Positions 22,035-34,313 of a stretch of DNA of 64,000 nucleotides are shown here, one piece after another. Numbering within the stretch: the first letter of the stretch is position 1; each line of letters starts with the position of its first letter. The position numbers were made by a program, and so were the translations under genes. The stretch is from Curvularia clavata (Eukaryota), in the NCBI GenBank assembly GCA_023920165.1, contig CP089280.1, positions 248,001-312,000 of the forward strand, read 5' to 3'. A model generated the notes under the pieces. That model was not told the origin of the DNA, did no database searches, and saw nothing but the letters and a program-made list of their open reading frames with translations.

Positions 22035-25000
22035 ATGGCGCCCCGCGGCCGCAGCCTAACGGCGAGCGAAGATGCCTACTCGGATCGCAGCAACGACTCG
22101 AGTCCAGATCCTCTGGCAATTTCCTTCGACGAAAACATCACCTCATCACCGCGCAAGGCCAGCCCCAGGAAACCGATGCTGGGAAGCTCGCCAACCAAAC
22201 CAGCCCGCAGACCAGAACCTTCGGAAATGATCTTCTCGTCACCTTCCAAGTCCATGGTCTTGAGCACCCCGCGAGGGAATGGCGCCAGCCCCTGGCGCAT
22301 CAAGGTCACCGTCCAGGCCGAACCAGAGGACGGAGAGAATGCCGAATCGCCTTCAGTAAAGAGAGTGACGAGGACAAAAACCACAACCGTACCACTGAAA
22401 GACCCCGATGCGTCCTCCCCAGTCAAGCGCCCCCGCGGCCGGCCCAGGAAGTCTGAGACCGGATCAACGCCGAAGCCGAAGCGCAAAGGCACGCCGATCA
22501 AGAGGCCTGCACAGTTCAGTTCTCCGAGCAAAATCATTGGGGGTGGAGATTCGAGCGCAGCCGATGTTGACACCGACATACCACCCAGGAAGCGGAGGGG
22601 TCGCCCAAGGAAGAGCGTGGAGCCATCAAATGACGGCCAAAATGCTGCCGTGGGAAGCTCTGAAACTACCCCAGAATTTACTCGTGAACAAACGCCTCAC
22701 CCATCGGCGGGCGCGAGGTCAGGGAGCTCAGAAAAGAGTGCGCGATTTACGGAACCATCTCGCCCGGACCTTCAGACCATGGATGATGCACTGCGCACAT
22801 CGCCAACACGATCCGAACCCTCTCCCAGCCTAGGCACACCGGCTCATTCAAGCATGAGGAACAGTTTACGTGAACGCAGAGGCACACCGCATGCGAACCG
22901 GGTAGCCATTATTGAATCTGACGAAGACGACGACGGTGCCCTGACACCACCCAGCGGAGACGACGACAACGACAACGACGATCTCCCAGAGGTCCAACCC
23001 CTAAGTGGACTGGAAGACGACCAACAAGACGCGCTCACACCGAGCGAAACATCGGCACAATCCAGCGATTCGGATGATGATGCATCGAATACAGCTGGCG
23101 ACGGTGGAGCTCAAGATGCGCAAGAATACGAAGACGATGACGGAGATGATGAAACACAGGGCCACAATTTCACCTTTGACGAAGGTACCACGAGGATGCC
23201 AGATGACACAACCATGTTGGACAGCGAGACCTTTAGCATGATATCGGTGGAATCATTAAGAAACAATACCGCGCGACCCACCCCGCCAAGGCCTCAAGGC
23301 GTGCAGACCGCAATTGCTGCAAAAGCTGGATCATCGCTCAGGCACGAGTACCTGGGACCTGCTACTCATTCTGCGTCGGAGTCCGAACGTTCAACTAGTG
23401 AAGAGCACATGTCCGTGGCCCAAGCCAACGCAGAGACCGCACCCAACGATCCAGAACGGCCCAAACTTTCGCGCCATGTTACACCCGCTATGGATTACGA
23501 AGTCCCAACAGCTCCGCCAGCTCTACAGCCTGTCCAACCTACTCCGACCAAATCTCCGTCTCCCACTCTTGGGCGAGCAGTTACTGCTGGCGTAGCTTTA
23601 CAAGGCCTGCTAGATCCTAACCGACTCACCCCAGATGCATCACAAAAGACGCCCAATGCAAAGCGGGGTTCACTGGATGACCTATTCCGTGGTTTCAGCT
23701 CAGGGACGCGCAAGGATCTCCAGGCAGGCCTGCGACTTGGTGAGCAACTTGCTCAAGGCCAGACAGAGGAGGATATTGCGCCTGGGCGTTCGAGCCCCAT
23801 CAGGGCTCAACCCACAGTAGCGCCGAAATCAGGTGTGTTCCGAACGAAACGAAAATATCAACAATCACGTCTTCTTACACCCGAAGACCAGGATCACGTG
23901 GTCACAGCAGCGGGACCAGCGGTCGCAGCGAATGACGTCCAGTACCCGACCTTGGATGTTGAAGAGTTGGAGAAAACACCCATGAGCCCTGCGAGGAGCG
24001 AGTCTGCAATGAGCTGGCAGGCCGATACTCCTCCACGCGTGGCTGAAAATCAAATTCAACGGGATGCCGACATAGAAGAGGCTCGGGTGGATATCGCAGG
24101 TTCTGCAGAAGAAGAGGCGGTCCAACATGATGACTTTGGTGATATCTGGCAAGAGGAGGCCAGCCGCTCAGTGATTTCAACACACCCAGACGAACCATCA
24201 GCAGAAAAGTCCCCTGAGGTGCATGATCTCTTCACAGATGCCAGTGTTGTCAGGCCTGCTCGTGGTAGGGTTGCCCGAACCTGGCGTCGTAAGAAGGTGA
24301 ACGAGGGAACAGAGTCGCGACAAGAACCTGTGCCAGAACGCACTGAACCAAACACCCGGCAATCAAAGGACAATGAAGAGGATCAAAGGGTTGGCTCTGC
24401 AAGATCCGAGGAACAGCCTGTGCAGGCTGGCAAGCCAAACGCTGAAAGCGAGGAAAGTGACGATGCTGGTATGTTCTTCCATTCGAATGCGCCCAGCGCA
24501 TTAGACCAGAAGCGTCCTGCTCGGTTTCAACGGCGGCGACCAAGAAGACAGGAAGCAGAAAAGGTCAGCCTTTCTGAGCTTCTCGACCAAGGTGAAAGCT
24601 TTGTGCCAGAATCTTCTCCGCCCACGACAACACAGAAGACGCCTCCGAAAAAGACACCACCGAAAGCAAAGATAAATCCGTTCTTGGATACACCACCGCG
24701 CTTTCCCGCAATCATGAATTCGCCAAAGAAGAGCAGTCCTTTGAGGCAGGAGCTTCACAGCGGCGATATTTCTACAAGCTCGGTGCAGCAATTTGAGGAG
24801 TCTACATTGCCAATCGCACAAAGCTCGCCGTTCCACACTGTCGTTGATGGTGACAGCAAGATATCAGCAGCATCGGACCAACGGCAATTCCGTATGGAGA
24901 TGGAAGGCAATACGGCTTCTACCATTATACGAGTGCGCGAGGAGGCTAACGAGTACTTGGACGCATACGAGCCGCAGGAACGGAGTCTGAATGACATCAC

Positions 25001-25865
25001 AGAGGTCACTGAGGCCAGCAGAACGCACCAGGACATAAGCCATCTGCCATCGAGCCCGCCAAAGATGCAGCAACGGTTCGAGCAGCGACTGCTTTCTGCT
25101 CGCAAGCCTTCGCCGCTTTCCAAGACAACCCAACGCTCAGATAAGGCACCCACACCACAACCACGAAAACCATTGGCGCATTCCAAGCAACCAGAAGTCA
25201 TTGAGCTGTCGTCTGGATCCAGCTCAAGCGAGGAGCCAGAGACCAGCCCCAGCGTAGCTGCTCAACCCGCTCCACAACCTGCCGTGACAAAAAGTGCAAA
25301 GTCAACCTCCTCACGCCTACCTGAACCTCTGCCTGAACCTCAACCACACCCTATCCTCTCTCGCATGACACCATTACCAAAAGTTGAGCCATGGACAAGA
25401 ACCCACTACAAAGCCCTCGACAAACTCTACTCCACGCACCTCAAACACCCCGCCCTCTTCTGCCCGTTCAACGTCCCCCCTACGCCACTATCGCGAACAA
25501 ATGGCCACCTCCTCCGCCGCTTCCTCGCTGAAAACGGCAACTTGCCTTATGTCGGCGCCGTCTTCCACGCCTGGGGCTACAGCATGGTCATGACGGCTGA
25601 GCTCGTCGTCCTCTGCAGCGTCTTCATGGAATTAATGAGTCTCCGCAGCGAATTTGAGTACGAGCAGGTTGCAGGCAAGAAGCTGGAGATTGGCAACTGT
25701 GCGCCTGGTAGACGCGGCGACTGGATCTCGGGCGAAGACGTGCTGCAGCGTTTGGCTACGGTCGTCATGGGCGAGAGTGTGAGGAGAGATGAGCGAGCTG
25801 GTCGCGAGATTGATCGCTCGAGGTCGCTGTATATTGAGTGGCCGCAGACAACAGGGCGGTCTTGA
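22035..25865 (+). CDS. Large, mostly disordered AT-hook protein
   Basis: Intronless ORF of about 1276 aa from ATG 22035. AT-hooks KRPRGRPRKS and RKRRGRPRKS, many S/T-P sites, and a probable folded C-terminal region (PWTRTHYKALDKLY...). Confidence 0.8.
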   Translation: MAPRGRSLTASEDAYSDRSNDSSPDPLAISFDENITSSPRKASPRKPMLGSSPTKPARRPEPSEMIFSSPSKSMVLSTPRGNGASPWRIKVTVQAEPEDGENAESPSVKRVTRTKTTTVPLKDPDASSPVKRPRGRPRKSETGSTPKPKRKGTPIKRPAQFSSPSKIIGGGDSSAADVDTDIPPRKRRGRPRKSVEPSNDGQNAAVGSSETTPEFTREQTPHPSAGARSGSSEKSARFTEPSRPDLQTMDDALRTSPTRSEPSPSLGTPAHSSMRNSLRERRGTPHANRVAIIESDEDDDGALTPPSGDDDNDNDDLPEVQPLSGLEDDQQDALTPSETSAQSSDSDDDASNTAGDGGAQDAQEYEDDDGDDETQGHNFTFDEGTTRMPDDTTMLDSETFSMISVESLRNNTARPTPPRPQGVQTAIAAKAGSSLRHEYLGPATHSASESERSTSEEHMSVAQANAETAPNDPERPKLSRHVTPAMDYEVPTAPPALQPVQPTPTKSPSPTLGRAVTAGVALQGLLDPNRLTPDASQKTPNAKRGSLDDLFRGFSSGTRKDLQAGLRLGEQLAQGQTEEDIAPGRSSPIRAQPTVAPKSGVFRTKRKYQQSRLLTPEDQDHVVTAAGPAVAANDVQYPTLDVEELEKTPMSPARSESAMSWQADTPPRVAENQIQRDADIEEARVDIAGSAEEEAVQHDDFGDIWQEEASRSVISTHPDEPSAEKSPEVHDLFTDASVVRPARGRVARTWRRKKVNEGTESRQEPVPERTEPNTRQSKDNEEDQRVGSARSEEQPVQAGKPNAESEESDDAGMFFHSNAPSALDQKRPARFQRRRPRRQEAEKVSLSELLDQGESFVPESSPPTTTQKTPPKKTPPKAKINPFLDTPPRFPAIMNSPKKSSPLRQELHSGDISTSSVQQFEESTLPIAQSSPFHTVVDGDSKISAASDQRQFRMEMEGNTASTIIRVREEANEYLDAYEPQERSLNDITEVTEASRTHQDISHLPSSPPKMQQRFEQRLLSARKPSPLSKTTQRSDKAPTPQPRKPLAHSKQPEVIELSSGSSSSEEPETSPSVAAQPAPQPAVTKSAKSTSSRLPEPLPEPQPHPILSRMTPLPKVEPWTRTHYKALDKLYSTHLKHPALFCPFNVPPTPLSRTNGHLLRRFLAENGNLPYVGAVFHAWGYSMVMTAELVVLCSVFMELMSLRSEFEYEQVAGKKLEIGNCAPGRRGDWISGEDVLQRLATVVMGESVRRDERAGREIDRSRSLYIEWPQTTGRS

Positions 25866-26687
25866 TTTGTATGTTTTTTGTTTGGAATTTTGGCGTTGGG
25901 GTCTGGGAACGATACCATGTGAAGCTGCTGTGATTTACCTTTGTTGGGTCTTTTGCGTTTCCTATGATACCTTGTTGAATGCAATTTTTTGTATTATTTC
26001 ACCTGCTGAATTACGGTAGTAAAATATTTATTCATCCGAAACTGTTTCTACTATCCTGAGTGCAATTTTCCACCATGAAGTGCTATGATTAGAAAGAAAA
26101 TCGAGATTGCTGAATTGGTGTTCTTCAATCTTATTTGGGACAGAAAGGCAAAGAAGCTATCTTCCGAAGGGCATGATGGTCTAGTTGTATGATCCCTGCT
26201 CTGGGTTCGCACAGTACTATCGCGCTCACCAAGTCAAGCTCGAGTAATATATGAATCAATAGAAAGCTCATGAAGTAGTAATTATAGTGCGTAAGAGACT
26301 GTTGTTGGAGCTACGTGGACATGGTTTGTGTCCTAAACCTCCTCCTGCACGAGTCTTGGTGTTGTTGTCAGACCTGTCAACAATCAAGCTGGATCAAGTT
26401 CGTCAAGTCAAGCTGGGATGATATAGCAACCAAGAGAGGGCTCATGATAGCTCCTAAGTGGTGGCTCAATACGCAAGATACTGTTCTTGGAGCCATGAAG
26501 AGGTGTTGTGTGTTAGGGTGGGCGTGCCTTCCCTCTAGGTGCACCTCCCCAATCCAGCCGGATAGCTTAACTACCATTGCCTTCCTGCCCCATCTCTTCT
26601 CTCTTCTCTTCTTACCCCATCGCCGTCTCCCAGCTCTCTTTTTCTTTCATTTTCAAATTTACGATTTTTTTCAAGAGCATTGAGACC

Positions 26688-27314
26688 ATGGGCAAGAAGT
26701 CTGGCAAGAAGCGCGGTTTTTGCAAGCCGAGAGGCCCAAAGCCAAAGCGGTTGGCTCTCGCAGCCGAGCGAGAAGCGGCTGCTCGAGAGCAGACTGATGC
26801 AGCTGCATCAGCAGAATCATTGGCAATGGCCCTTAGCAAGCCTGTGGCAAGGCGAGCTGAAGCGGACGAGGAGGAGGAGCCAGACCTTTCTGCTGATGAA
26901 GGTGAGTCTATCGAAAGACAAGCTAACTTAGAAACAGAATATGAGTATCGTGGCGACGGCGGCGGCGGCGACGATGTCGACGACGCCAGCGATCGCGAAT
27001 ACCAAGATGGAGTCAGCGAGCCTGGAGCACGAGAGCCCACTCCAACTCTATTGAGCCCGGAAGAGGTAGAAGAGGGAAGTGGCTCGCCAGCCTTGCCCCG
27101 AAGCTCCTCTCCCACTCGAGCACAATCGGGGGAGGTGGACAACCTGCCCTCCGTCCCCACTCCCACCCGTACAGCGCACGGGCGAGTGTTGAATTGTGAT
27201 TTGCCGGCTGCCCTTCAGCAAACCAATCAAGGTGAACCCTGCACATCCCTAGACGATCCTGCTGCACCCAAAGAGGTCAGCAGTTTGTCAAGTTCTGCTG
27301 GTCGCAGCACTTAA
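26688..27314 (+). CDS. Orphan hypothetical protein (basic N-terminus, acidic low-complexity body), possibly a truncated or decaying gene
   Basis: ATG in ACCATGG context after a CT-rich tract. Possible in-frame 36-nt intron 26902-26937 (GTGAGT...GCTAAC...CAG). No recognisable domain. Confidence 0.4.
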   Translation: MGKKSGKKRGFCKPRGPKPKRLALAAEREAAAREQTDAAASAESLAMALSKPVARRAEADEEEEPDLSADEGESIERQANLETEYEYRGDGGGGDDVDDASDREYQDGVSEPGAREPTPTLLSPEEVEEGSGSPALPRSSSPTRAQSGEVDNLPSVPTPTRTAHGRVLNCDLPAALQQTNQGEPCTSLDDPAAPKEVSSLSSSAGRST

Positions 27315-28499
27315 AAGGGAATATGGCACATGTTTCACCGGAGAAGATGGCAGTGCAAGAGCATAACATCTTTTCAGATCCCTGCAAAGGGTAGCACAGT
27401 ACTTCGGGTTAGCATAACCTGAAGCTGTACAGTTCTGTTAGGCAAACAGAGCGGCCGATGAAGCATGACGGTAAAAAGTCTTGTGGAGGCTCCCCTAGGA
27501 CGAGTTCGCATCTTACCGCGATCTAGGGGTACGGCAAGACAACCACTCTTGTCGCCAAGACGAACTCATCGATGCCACTTGCGTTCCCTAATTGCGATAG
27601 TATAGATTGACAGGAAGGAAGGTGCAATACCATTCCCACAAGCGAGAACTGAGGCACGCAAGCATTGTGTAATACACTAAGAATTGTTCTTCTATTCGCC
27701 CAGCTAGTCAGAACATGAGCCGATGACCTGAGTAGCTACTTGCAGAATCATACTATAGCTGCTCTCTCAGCCTAAGCCTGCTATAAGTAATTCGGAAGAA
27801 GTGGCAGATATCTCATAATTTTAGCCAAAGTACCGAAGCGCAAGTCTTATTTGTCACATGGCACAGCATACAATGAGAAGCGTGGCTTGATCAATACAAC
27901 TGTATTTGGGCTACAGACTGAGTTGTCGTTAGCGCCCAAGGCAATGCCATGGTTTGACAAGCTGTTGCACACTGAACTGGCTTCGCTGTATTTTTCGTTG
28001 TTTTACAAAATAAACTACTTTTACCTAAGCAATAGTTAGTCTTTCTATCTTCTATGACTCCTTTCACGTAAGCTCTTCCTATTTTTGCTTGCAATGATAA
28101 TAGCATGCTATAGCAAATGGTAGGCGAAATGGCTTCCTACACAACCTAAACGGCTAGAAGGTGCAGTTCATATCCTACATACAAAGACAGCGTGTATAAG
28201 CTGTAGTCGGAAATGGGATAGGCAGGGCGCTAACGCAAAGAAGAAATCCATAGAGCTACTAAGCTGAGCGCACGCAACTCTCAACCTTTCCAACTGTAGC
28301 TGTTAACGATTCACACAACATCTCTGATATAAAAAATGCATCAACCCAGAGATTACTTAACAAGATAACTAAAATCTCCTTAGTCTGGCGTTCTGTACGC
28401 TAAAAAGAACAAAAAGAAAATTTGACATGATTCGAAGGGAATCTCAGCCTCCTTAAAGATATGCAGACAAAAATAAAAAAAGAAAGCCAATTATCCAAG

Positions 28500-28584
28500 G
28501 GGCCTGACCGGGATTTGAACCCGGGGCCTCCTGCAGTTTAGATGCGAACCCAAAGCAGGAATCATACGACTAGACCATCAGGCC
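28500..28584 (-). tRNA. tRNA-Pro(TGG) with a 13-nt canonical intron (28536-28548) and a G18-to-C variant in the D-loop
   Basis: GGCCTGATGGTCTAGTCGTATGATTCCTGCTTTGGG[TTCGCATCTAAAC]TGCAGGAGGCCCCGGGTTCAAATCCCGGTCAGGCCC. Intact B box; T-runs downstream at ~28469-28481. Confidence 0.92.
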
Positions 28585-29194
28585 GAGGAGATGTTGGTTG
28601 TTCTGATGACTAATTTCGGAATTAGCACATTGATATTGAGAAAATCATCATAATTGCTGACACCTGGAGTTTGAAAAGCCAAGAGATGGTTCCTGAAGGT
28701 GTTTTGTGGATGCAGAGAGTGAGTAAAGTGGAGATGGTGGATACTAGTAGTACTAGTGGGTGTGGCATGAGTCATGGGTCAGCATCATGAGTCTGGGGGT
28801 ATTGCTAGTAACACTGTGAGTATTATTGGGCAAGGCTTGTCGGTTGCAGTGGGTAAAAGGTTACCAGGAGGTTGAGTATCATTCTGTACATTACAAGCAC
28901 ATCTTCTTCAAAGGTACATTGAGGGACAAGCGATTGAGGTCTAGCTGTGCTTTGCACAGAGGGCTGTCTTATAATATATCTGGGATATATTTAAGTGGGT
29001 AGTATTAGAGCTAGTGATATTTCAAGATCGATGTATGCAGCTTCAAAATGATCGGAACATCAGAATGAATTATCCTTCACCAATCATCCGTTTACACCAA
29101 TGACTGGCCAAAATCCATGCTCCAGAGTACGCAGATCTCATCCAATCACATTATAATCTCATGAATTCCCCCTCAAATACCTATCATAGCCCCC

Positions 29195-30154
29195 TCAAGG
29201 CAAGCACGACAGAATCGGCTTGAGCTTGTTGATAATCTGAGTCTGAACAGCAGCATCATTGACGGTCGTCTTGTCGTTTGCGTCGCCAGGGCTAATAGTG
29301 ACGTAGCAGTCCTTGCCCCTGAAGAGAATCACATCCGCCTCCCAGGGCAGACGCGTGCTGCCGCACCATTGGGCATCGCGCGCGCTGACAAGACCAGTAT
29401 TGATACGAGTAAAGATGTACTTGAACTGGCTGGGATCACTGCATTGCGACGCTGAGACGTCGGGAAAGTTGACGTTGAGAAAAGTGTTGGGTGGGAGGTA
29501 GGGCTTGCCACTCTGGATGATGGTCGTGGTTACGTTGAGGGCCAGGTCGGCATAGATTTTGCTGTGGAGCGGCGTAGGTGCATTCCATGCGGTGGGGTCG
29601 CCAGTCTTGCCTGAGAAGGCGATGGCTGGGATCTGCGCCGTCTTGGCGGCGTAGACGGCCGCACCAACGGTGCCAGAAAAGGGCACTTGGACAGCCACAT
29701 TACTACCGACGTTCGGTCCGGTTAAAGCGAGTTCGGGCTTGGCCCCGTTCCAGAGGGCGGGTGCAGTAACGTCGATGCCATTTTTGATGGCAGTTACGGG
29801 GAAGGAGTTGACATAGTTCAGGCGTGGATCGGTTGCATTGGCTCCTGTGGGAGGGCTTCCGCCGGGGCAAGAGTTGTGGATGCAGCCATCGCTGTCGACG
29901 GTAGTCGGCGCTTTGTCGGACGAGCCTTGAATGGTCAATACGCGTGTTGTTTGTATCTCAGGGGCGCCTTGTCACATACCTGTGCCTGACTGGTTTTCAG
30001 CTGGTCCAGAGAGGACGACTTGATGGCCTGCTGCGTCCAAAACATTGAAAAAGGTGCGCAGGTTAGCCTCTGCCCAGCCATCGTCGTTTGACTGTACAAT
30101 GCGGACTGCTTGAGCCAGTGGCGCCGCCGCAGCGAGAAGAAGGAATGATCGCAT
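29195..30154 (-). CDS. Secreted SurE-family 5'/3'-nucleotidase / acid phosphatase
   Basis: Signal peptide; RIVQSNDDG, PAENQSGTG, GPNVGSN, SGTVGAA and LNVNFP motifs; intron 29979-29926. Confidence 0.92.
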
Positions 30155-31136
30155 GTTTGTTAGAACGAATGAAGTAGAAACGAACGTCACCGGACCAAGG
30201 ATTCAGATGGAGGATTTGGCGAGGCAAAGAAGCGCGCTGGGGGCGAATAGTCGTACTTGACCGTCTATACATATACATTTGTACCCATGTACTAAGTCGA
30301 ATTCAAAGCTCAGGTATTAACGACTCGGTGCCATCATGCACGCCAGGATGGGATAGGAGCGCAGGAAACACTGCCTTGGGCAAAGCCACAAACTCGCTGC
30401 AACGTGCGGCGAACAGCGATATGATTGATCGTCGCATTAATGAGCACCATGGCGACATGGTGGAGGCTGTCGGCTTTGGTGCTGTGAGTGGATGTTGACC
30501 TCCGTGGCAGAAACACATCCAAGGCTGGCGCTGGCGTCGAGTGTAGACCAGCTCGTCTTAGCGTCTCGGCGCCCGCCACTGGAACTGGCAACAGCGCCCG
30601 GCGCCTGGCCACACGTGTGCCCATGCTGGGACGTCATTCACGCGTCGTTTCACGAGTACCATCAGGTCGGGTATTGGATCTTTTCTCCAAGTACACATTG
30701 TCGCTTTCTAAACTCTGTTTCTTTTACTCCTGCCCTATACGACTATCCCCACCGCTGCTACATGGATCCAACGGCCCGCTCCCCACAGAAAATCAAGCTG
30801 GTGACGAATGATCTCAGGGTGATCGATCCTGTACCTGACAGCAAAGTCATGTCATGCATGGATGCGATTCCTACGTGCTTTGTGTCAAGGAACAGCAACG
30901 CGAGTTATTTCTGCACGTCAGCAAATGCCACGGGATATCCGCAAACCTCTCGTCTTGGTTTCCACATCGCCCAGCAAGCCTAGTCAAGGCTAGGACAGAT
31001 GGGGATGTTCTAATCTGTCGCTCCTCCATTCGCAGTATCTCGGACAAGCCGTTGGCGCCATGACATAAACAGCGCCTTTATATAAACAATTGTCTTAATT
31101 CACCCAAACTCCTTGTCATTATGGTTTTACATGCCA

Positions 31137-31849
31137 TCAAGCTATGTGGGCAGGCTTCATCGGCTGCTGGTAGTAGTCGTCTGAAGCACCATGCGTAGCA
31201 ACGGGCGGATACGTCTGCGAATGGTATGCGGTGCTTTGAAGATTGTGGTCGGGCTCGCCAGCGTAGGGAGTGGCGTACGGGTTGGTAGTGGGATTGTGAG
31301 CGGGCGCATAGTGGCCTCGCTGGGCTGCAGCCTTTGCGCGACGATATTTGATGATTGCGTAGACCTGAAGACCGAAGAAGGAGAGGCTGTATCATGTCAG
31401 TCAGCACATCATGTTGCGACGGAGCCGGCCCAAACATACAAGGCAATGATGCTGAATATGAGCCCAACTGGATTAGCACCTCTTCCGATGGATACGATCT
31501 CGAGGATCAAGATGCCGCCGAAGAAGCCGCTCTGGAAAGAAGTCGTTATGAGGAAGGATGCTGGCTGGAGCGCATCTCGAAGGAAGAGAACAATGTTGAG
31601 TACGTCAATCAGCAAGACAATGACCATGAGGATCATGAAGAAGACAACTGAGCTGCTGGCTGTCAGTACATGTGGGTGCGTATGTGTGCCTGTGCCATCG
31701 TACCCTACACCTGGTTTGGTGATGTTGAAACTATCCAACTGCCTCAGCGTGATGGCGGTTACGGCGATGATGGCAAGCAATATGCATATTCGCACAATCC
31801 AAAAGGGCACGAGAATGCGCTTCTTCCAGAATCCTTTTTCCTGTCGCAT
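31137..31849 (-). CDS. Small multi-TM membrane protein (MARVEL-like topology) with Pro/Tyr-rich C-terminal tail
   Basis: About four hydrophobic segments. Introns 31703-31653 (in frame, NAGNAG acceptor) and 31439-31387; the spliced frame ends ...YYQQPMKPAHIA*. Confidence 0.75.
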
Positions 31850-32656
31850 ATTGGTCAAGGTCGGCCGTGTTCGAGTATGCTGATGGGTGTAGGTGGGTGC
31901 AGTCAGTTGGCAGCGTCGTGAGCAACCTAAGGCAAGTGAAGAAGAGGAGGAAGAAATATATTAGCAGCAAGGCCAACCGCACGACGTCTCAATGTCGCCA
32001 AAATTTGATGCTGCGGCTCAATTGGTAGGCCTGAATCCAGGGGAAAGCACCGCCGCCGGTGATGAAACGCGCGTTCGGCCCTGCTAATCTTCATCTCTTT
32101 TACGAATAGCCACACGCGTTGGGCGGAGGCAATGCGCGGCCATGGTCAATGGGCTCAGGAGCACAACATGGGCTCAGTAAACGTCCACAACTGCGTTGTA
32201 TCGACTTGACATGAGATGGTTGCTGTCCTTACGACTTGAAACTGACCGTTGCCGCGCACAGGGTCTCGTGCCGATGGGACGGGCATGGCAGGCGGGGGAT
32301 GGGGCAACGGCCAGCATAGCCCTGCATCCGTGCTCGTAGAATAAAAATACCAGGCCGAGCTCGGCCTCGAACGAACGTCTTGTTGTCTGATCAGAAGGCT
32401 GAGTTGTTGGTGTGCCATGGCCACGCCCAGAAGGGAAGGCGGCGCGCTCCACTCGGGCCACCTGAGACTGTGGGTCTGCCACGCGCCCCTGCCACGCGCC
32501 GTCCGCCGATAAGCCCCGATAAGGGCCGACACCCTGATGGATGGTTGAGAGTGAATGGATGGGCGGCACACCTCTCCCACACGACCACCCCATCGCTCTG
32601 CGTTAGGGCAAAAGAGATATTTAGTCGCCGCCAGACCATCCGCCCTAGTATCCACC

Positions 32657-34313
32657 ATGGGTTCCGACCAGTCCAAGCAATCCGACGAAGCTGCCATCAA
32701 CGACAAACTGCTCGAACGCCTGCAAGCACTCAACATGCACCATGATAAGTACATGAACGAGAAGGACGGCTACATTGTCGTCGAGGGAGAAACAGAGGCC
32801 CGTACGTCTCGGCTCCGCCACCTCCAAAATACACCCGCGACTGACAATCTCTGCAGCGCCCCAGTACACTCCCGTCGTCAAGTATCAGCAGAACGTGTCC
32901 ATCCGATCCGTGGCAGAATGGGAAAAGGAGCTCCTGGCCGACCCAAAGGTACACTTGCTTTGCTACGCCTTTGCTTTCTTTATCGGCTAACCTCTCCGAT
33001 AGAACCGTCTTGCCCTCGCAGCCCTTAGCTCCAACTCTGCCAACGCTGTCCTCTCTTCCCGCTCAGCTGCCATCTCCGACACCCAAAAGTTCAACATCAA
33101 GATCCCTCTCGAGGGCTCTCCCGTCACAAACCAAGCCTCGTCTGGACGATGCTGGCTGTTTGCCTCCACCAATGTCTTCCGCATCGCCGTCATGAAGAGA
33201 TACAAGCTCTCCGAGTTTCAGCTGTCACAGGCATATCTCTTCTACTGGGACAAGATTGAGAAGGCAAACTACTTTCTCGAGAGCATACTGGACACAAAGG
33301 ACGAGGAGATTGACAGCCGTATCGTGCAGGCACTGATGGCTAGCCCGGTCGGTGATGGCGGACAATGGGACATGGTTGCCAACCTGGTACAAAAGTACGG
33401 TCTTGTGCCCCATTCCCTGTACCCGGATTCCTTCAATGCGACCAACTCGTCGATTATGGACCGTCTCATCACCACAAAGCTGCGCGAAAACGCAGTCCGG
33501 CTACGTTCCATTGCCTCGAGCAATATGTCGCCCGAAGCCATCAAAGCAACGCTTGGAAGCGAAAAGGAGAAGATGCTCCGTGAGATCCATCTCATCCTGA
33601 CGCTGATGCTCGGTCCTCCACCATGCGCCAACAAGCCCTTCACTTGGGAGTACTACGACAAGGACGGCAAACTAGGCACTGTTACCACACGGCCCGTCGA
33701 CTTTGCCAAGGAGCTCTCCGACCACCGCATTGTCCGCGCCTTATCCGGAACTGATGTGCACACTCTCTTTTCTCTCGTCAATGACCCGCGAAACCCCTAC
33801 AACCGCCTACTAAGCGTAAAGCGTCTAGGCAACGTCTGGAACGGCCGGCCCGTGACCTATGTCAACGTCGACATGAAGACGATCAAGGAGGCCTGCATCA
33901 CCATGCTGAAACGCGGCGTGCCCGTCTTCTTTGGCTCAGATGTAGGAAAGTACTCTGATTCGTCCAAAGGTATCATGGATACGGATCTTTTTGACTACGA
34001 GCTTGGCTTCAACATCAGACTCGGAATGTCAAAGGCAGAGCGTCTGCAGACTGGCGAGAGCCAAATGACACACGCCATGGTCTTGACTGCGGTTCACGTC
34101 GTTGATGGCAAGCCAGTACGCTGGCGGGTAGAGAACTCGTGGAGTGACCGTGTAGGTGACAAGGGGTACTTTGTCATGAGCGACGCATGGATGGATGAGT
34201 TTGTATACCAAGCTGTTGTTGACCCGAGTGTGGTTAGCTCGTCGATTAGAAAGGTGCTGGAGCAGCAGCCAAAGATGCTGGAGCTGTGGGACCCCATGGG
34301 TGCTCTGGCCTAG
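32657..34313 (+). CDS. LAP3: Bleomycin hydrolase / cysteine aminopeptidase (peptidase C1B, Lap3/Gal6)
   Basis: TNQASSGRCWLFA catalytic Cys, MTHAMV, RVENSW and the C-terminal WDPMGALA signature; introns 32802-32856 and 32949-33002. Confidence 0.95.

Noticed and set aside
18382..28584. Two same-orientation tRNA-Pro genes as att-like direct repeats bounding a mobile element
   Set aside because: The enclosed genes include core YEN1, no integrase or transposase is present, and the tRNA introns are unrelated, indicating an old duplication.
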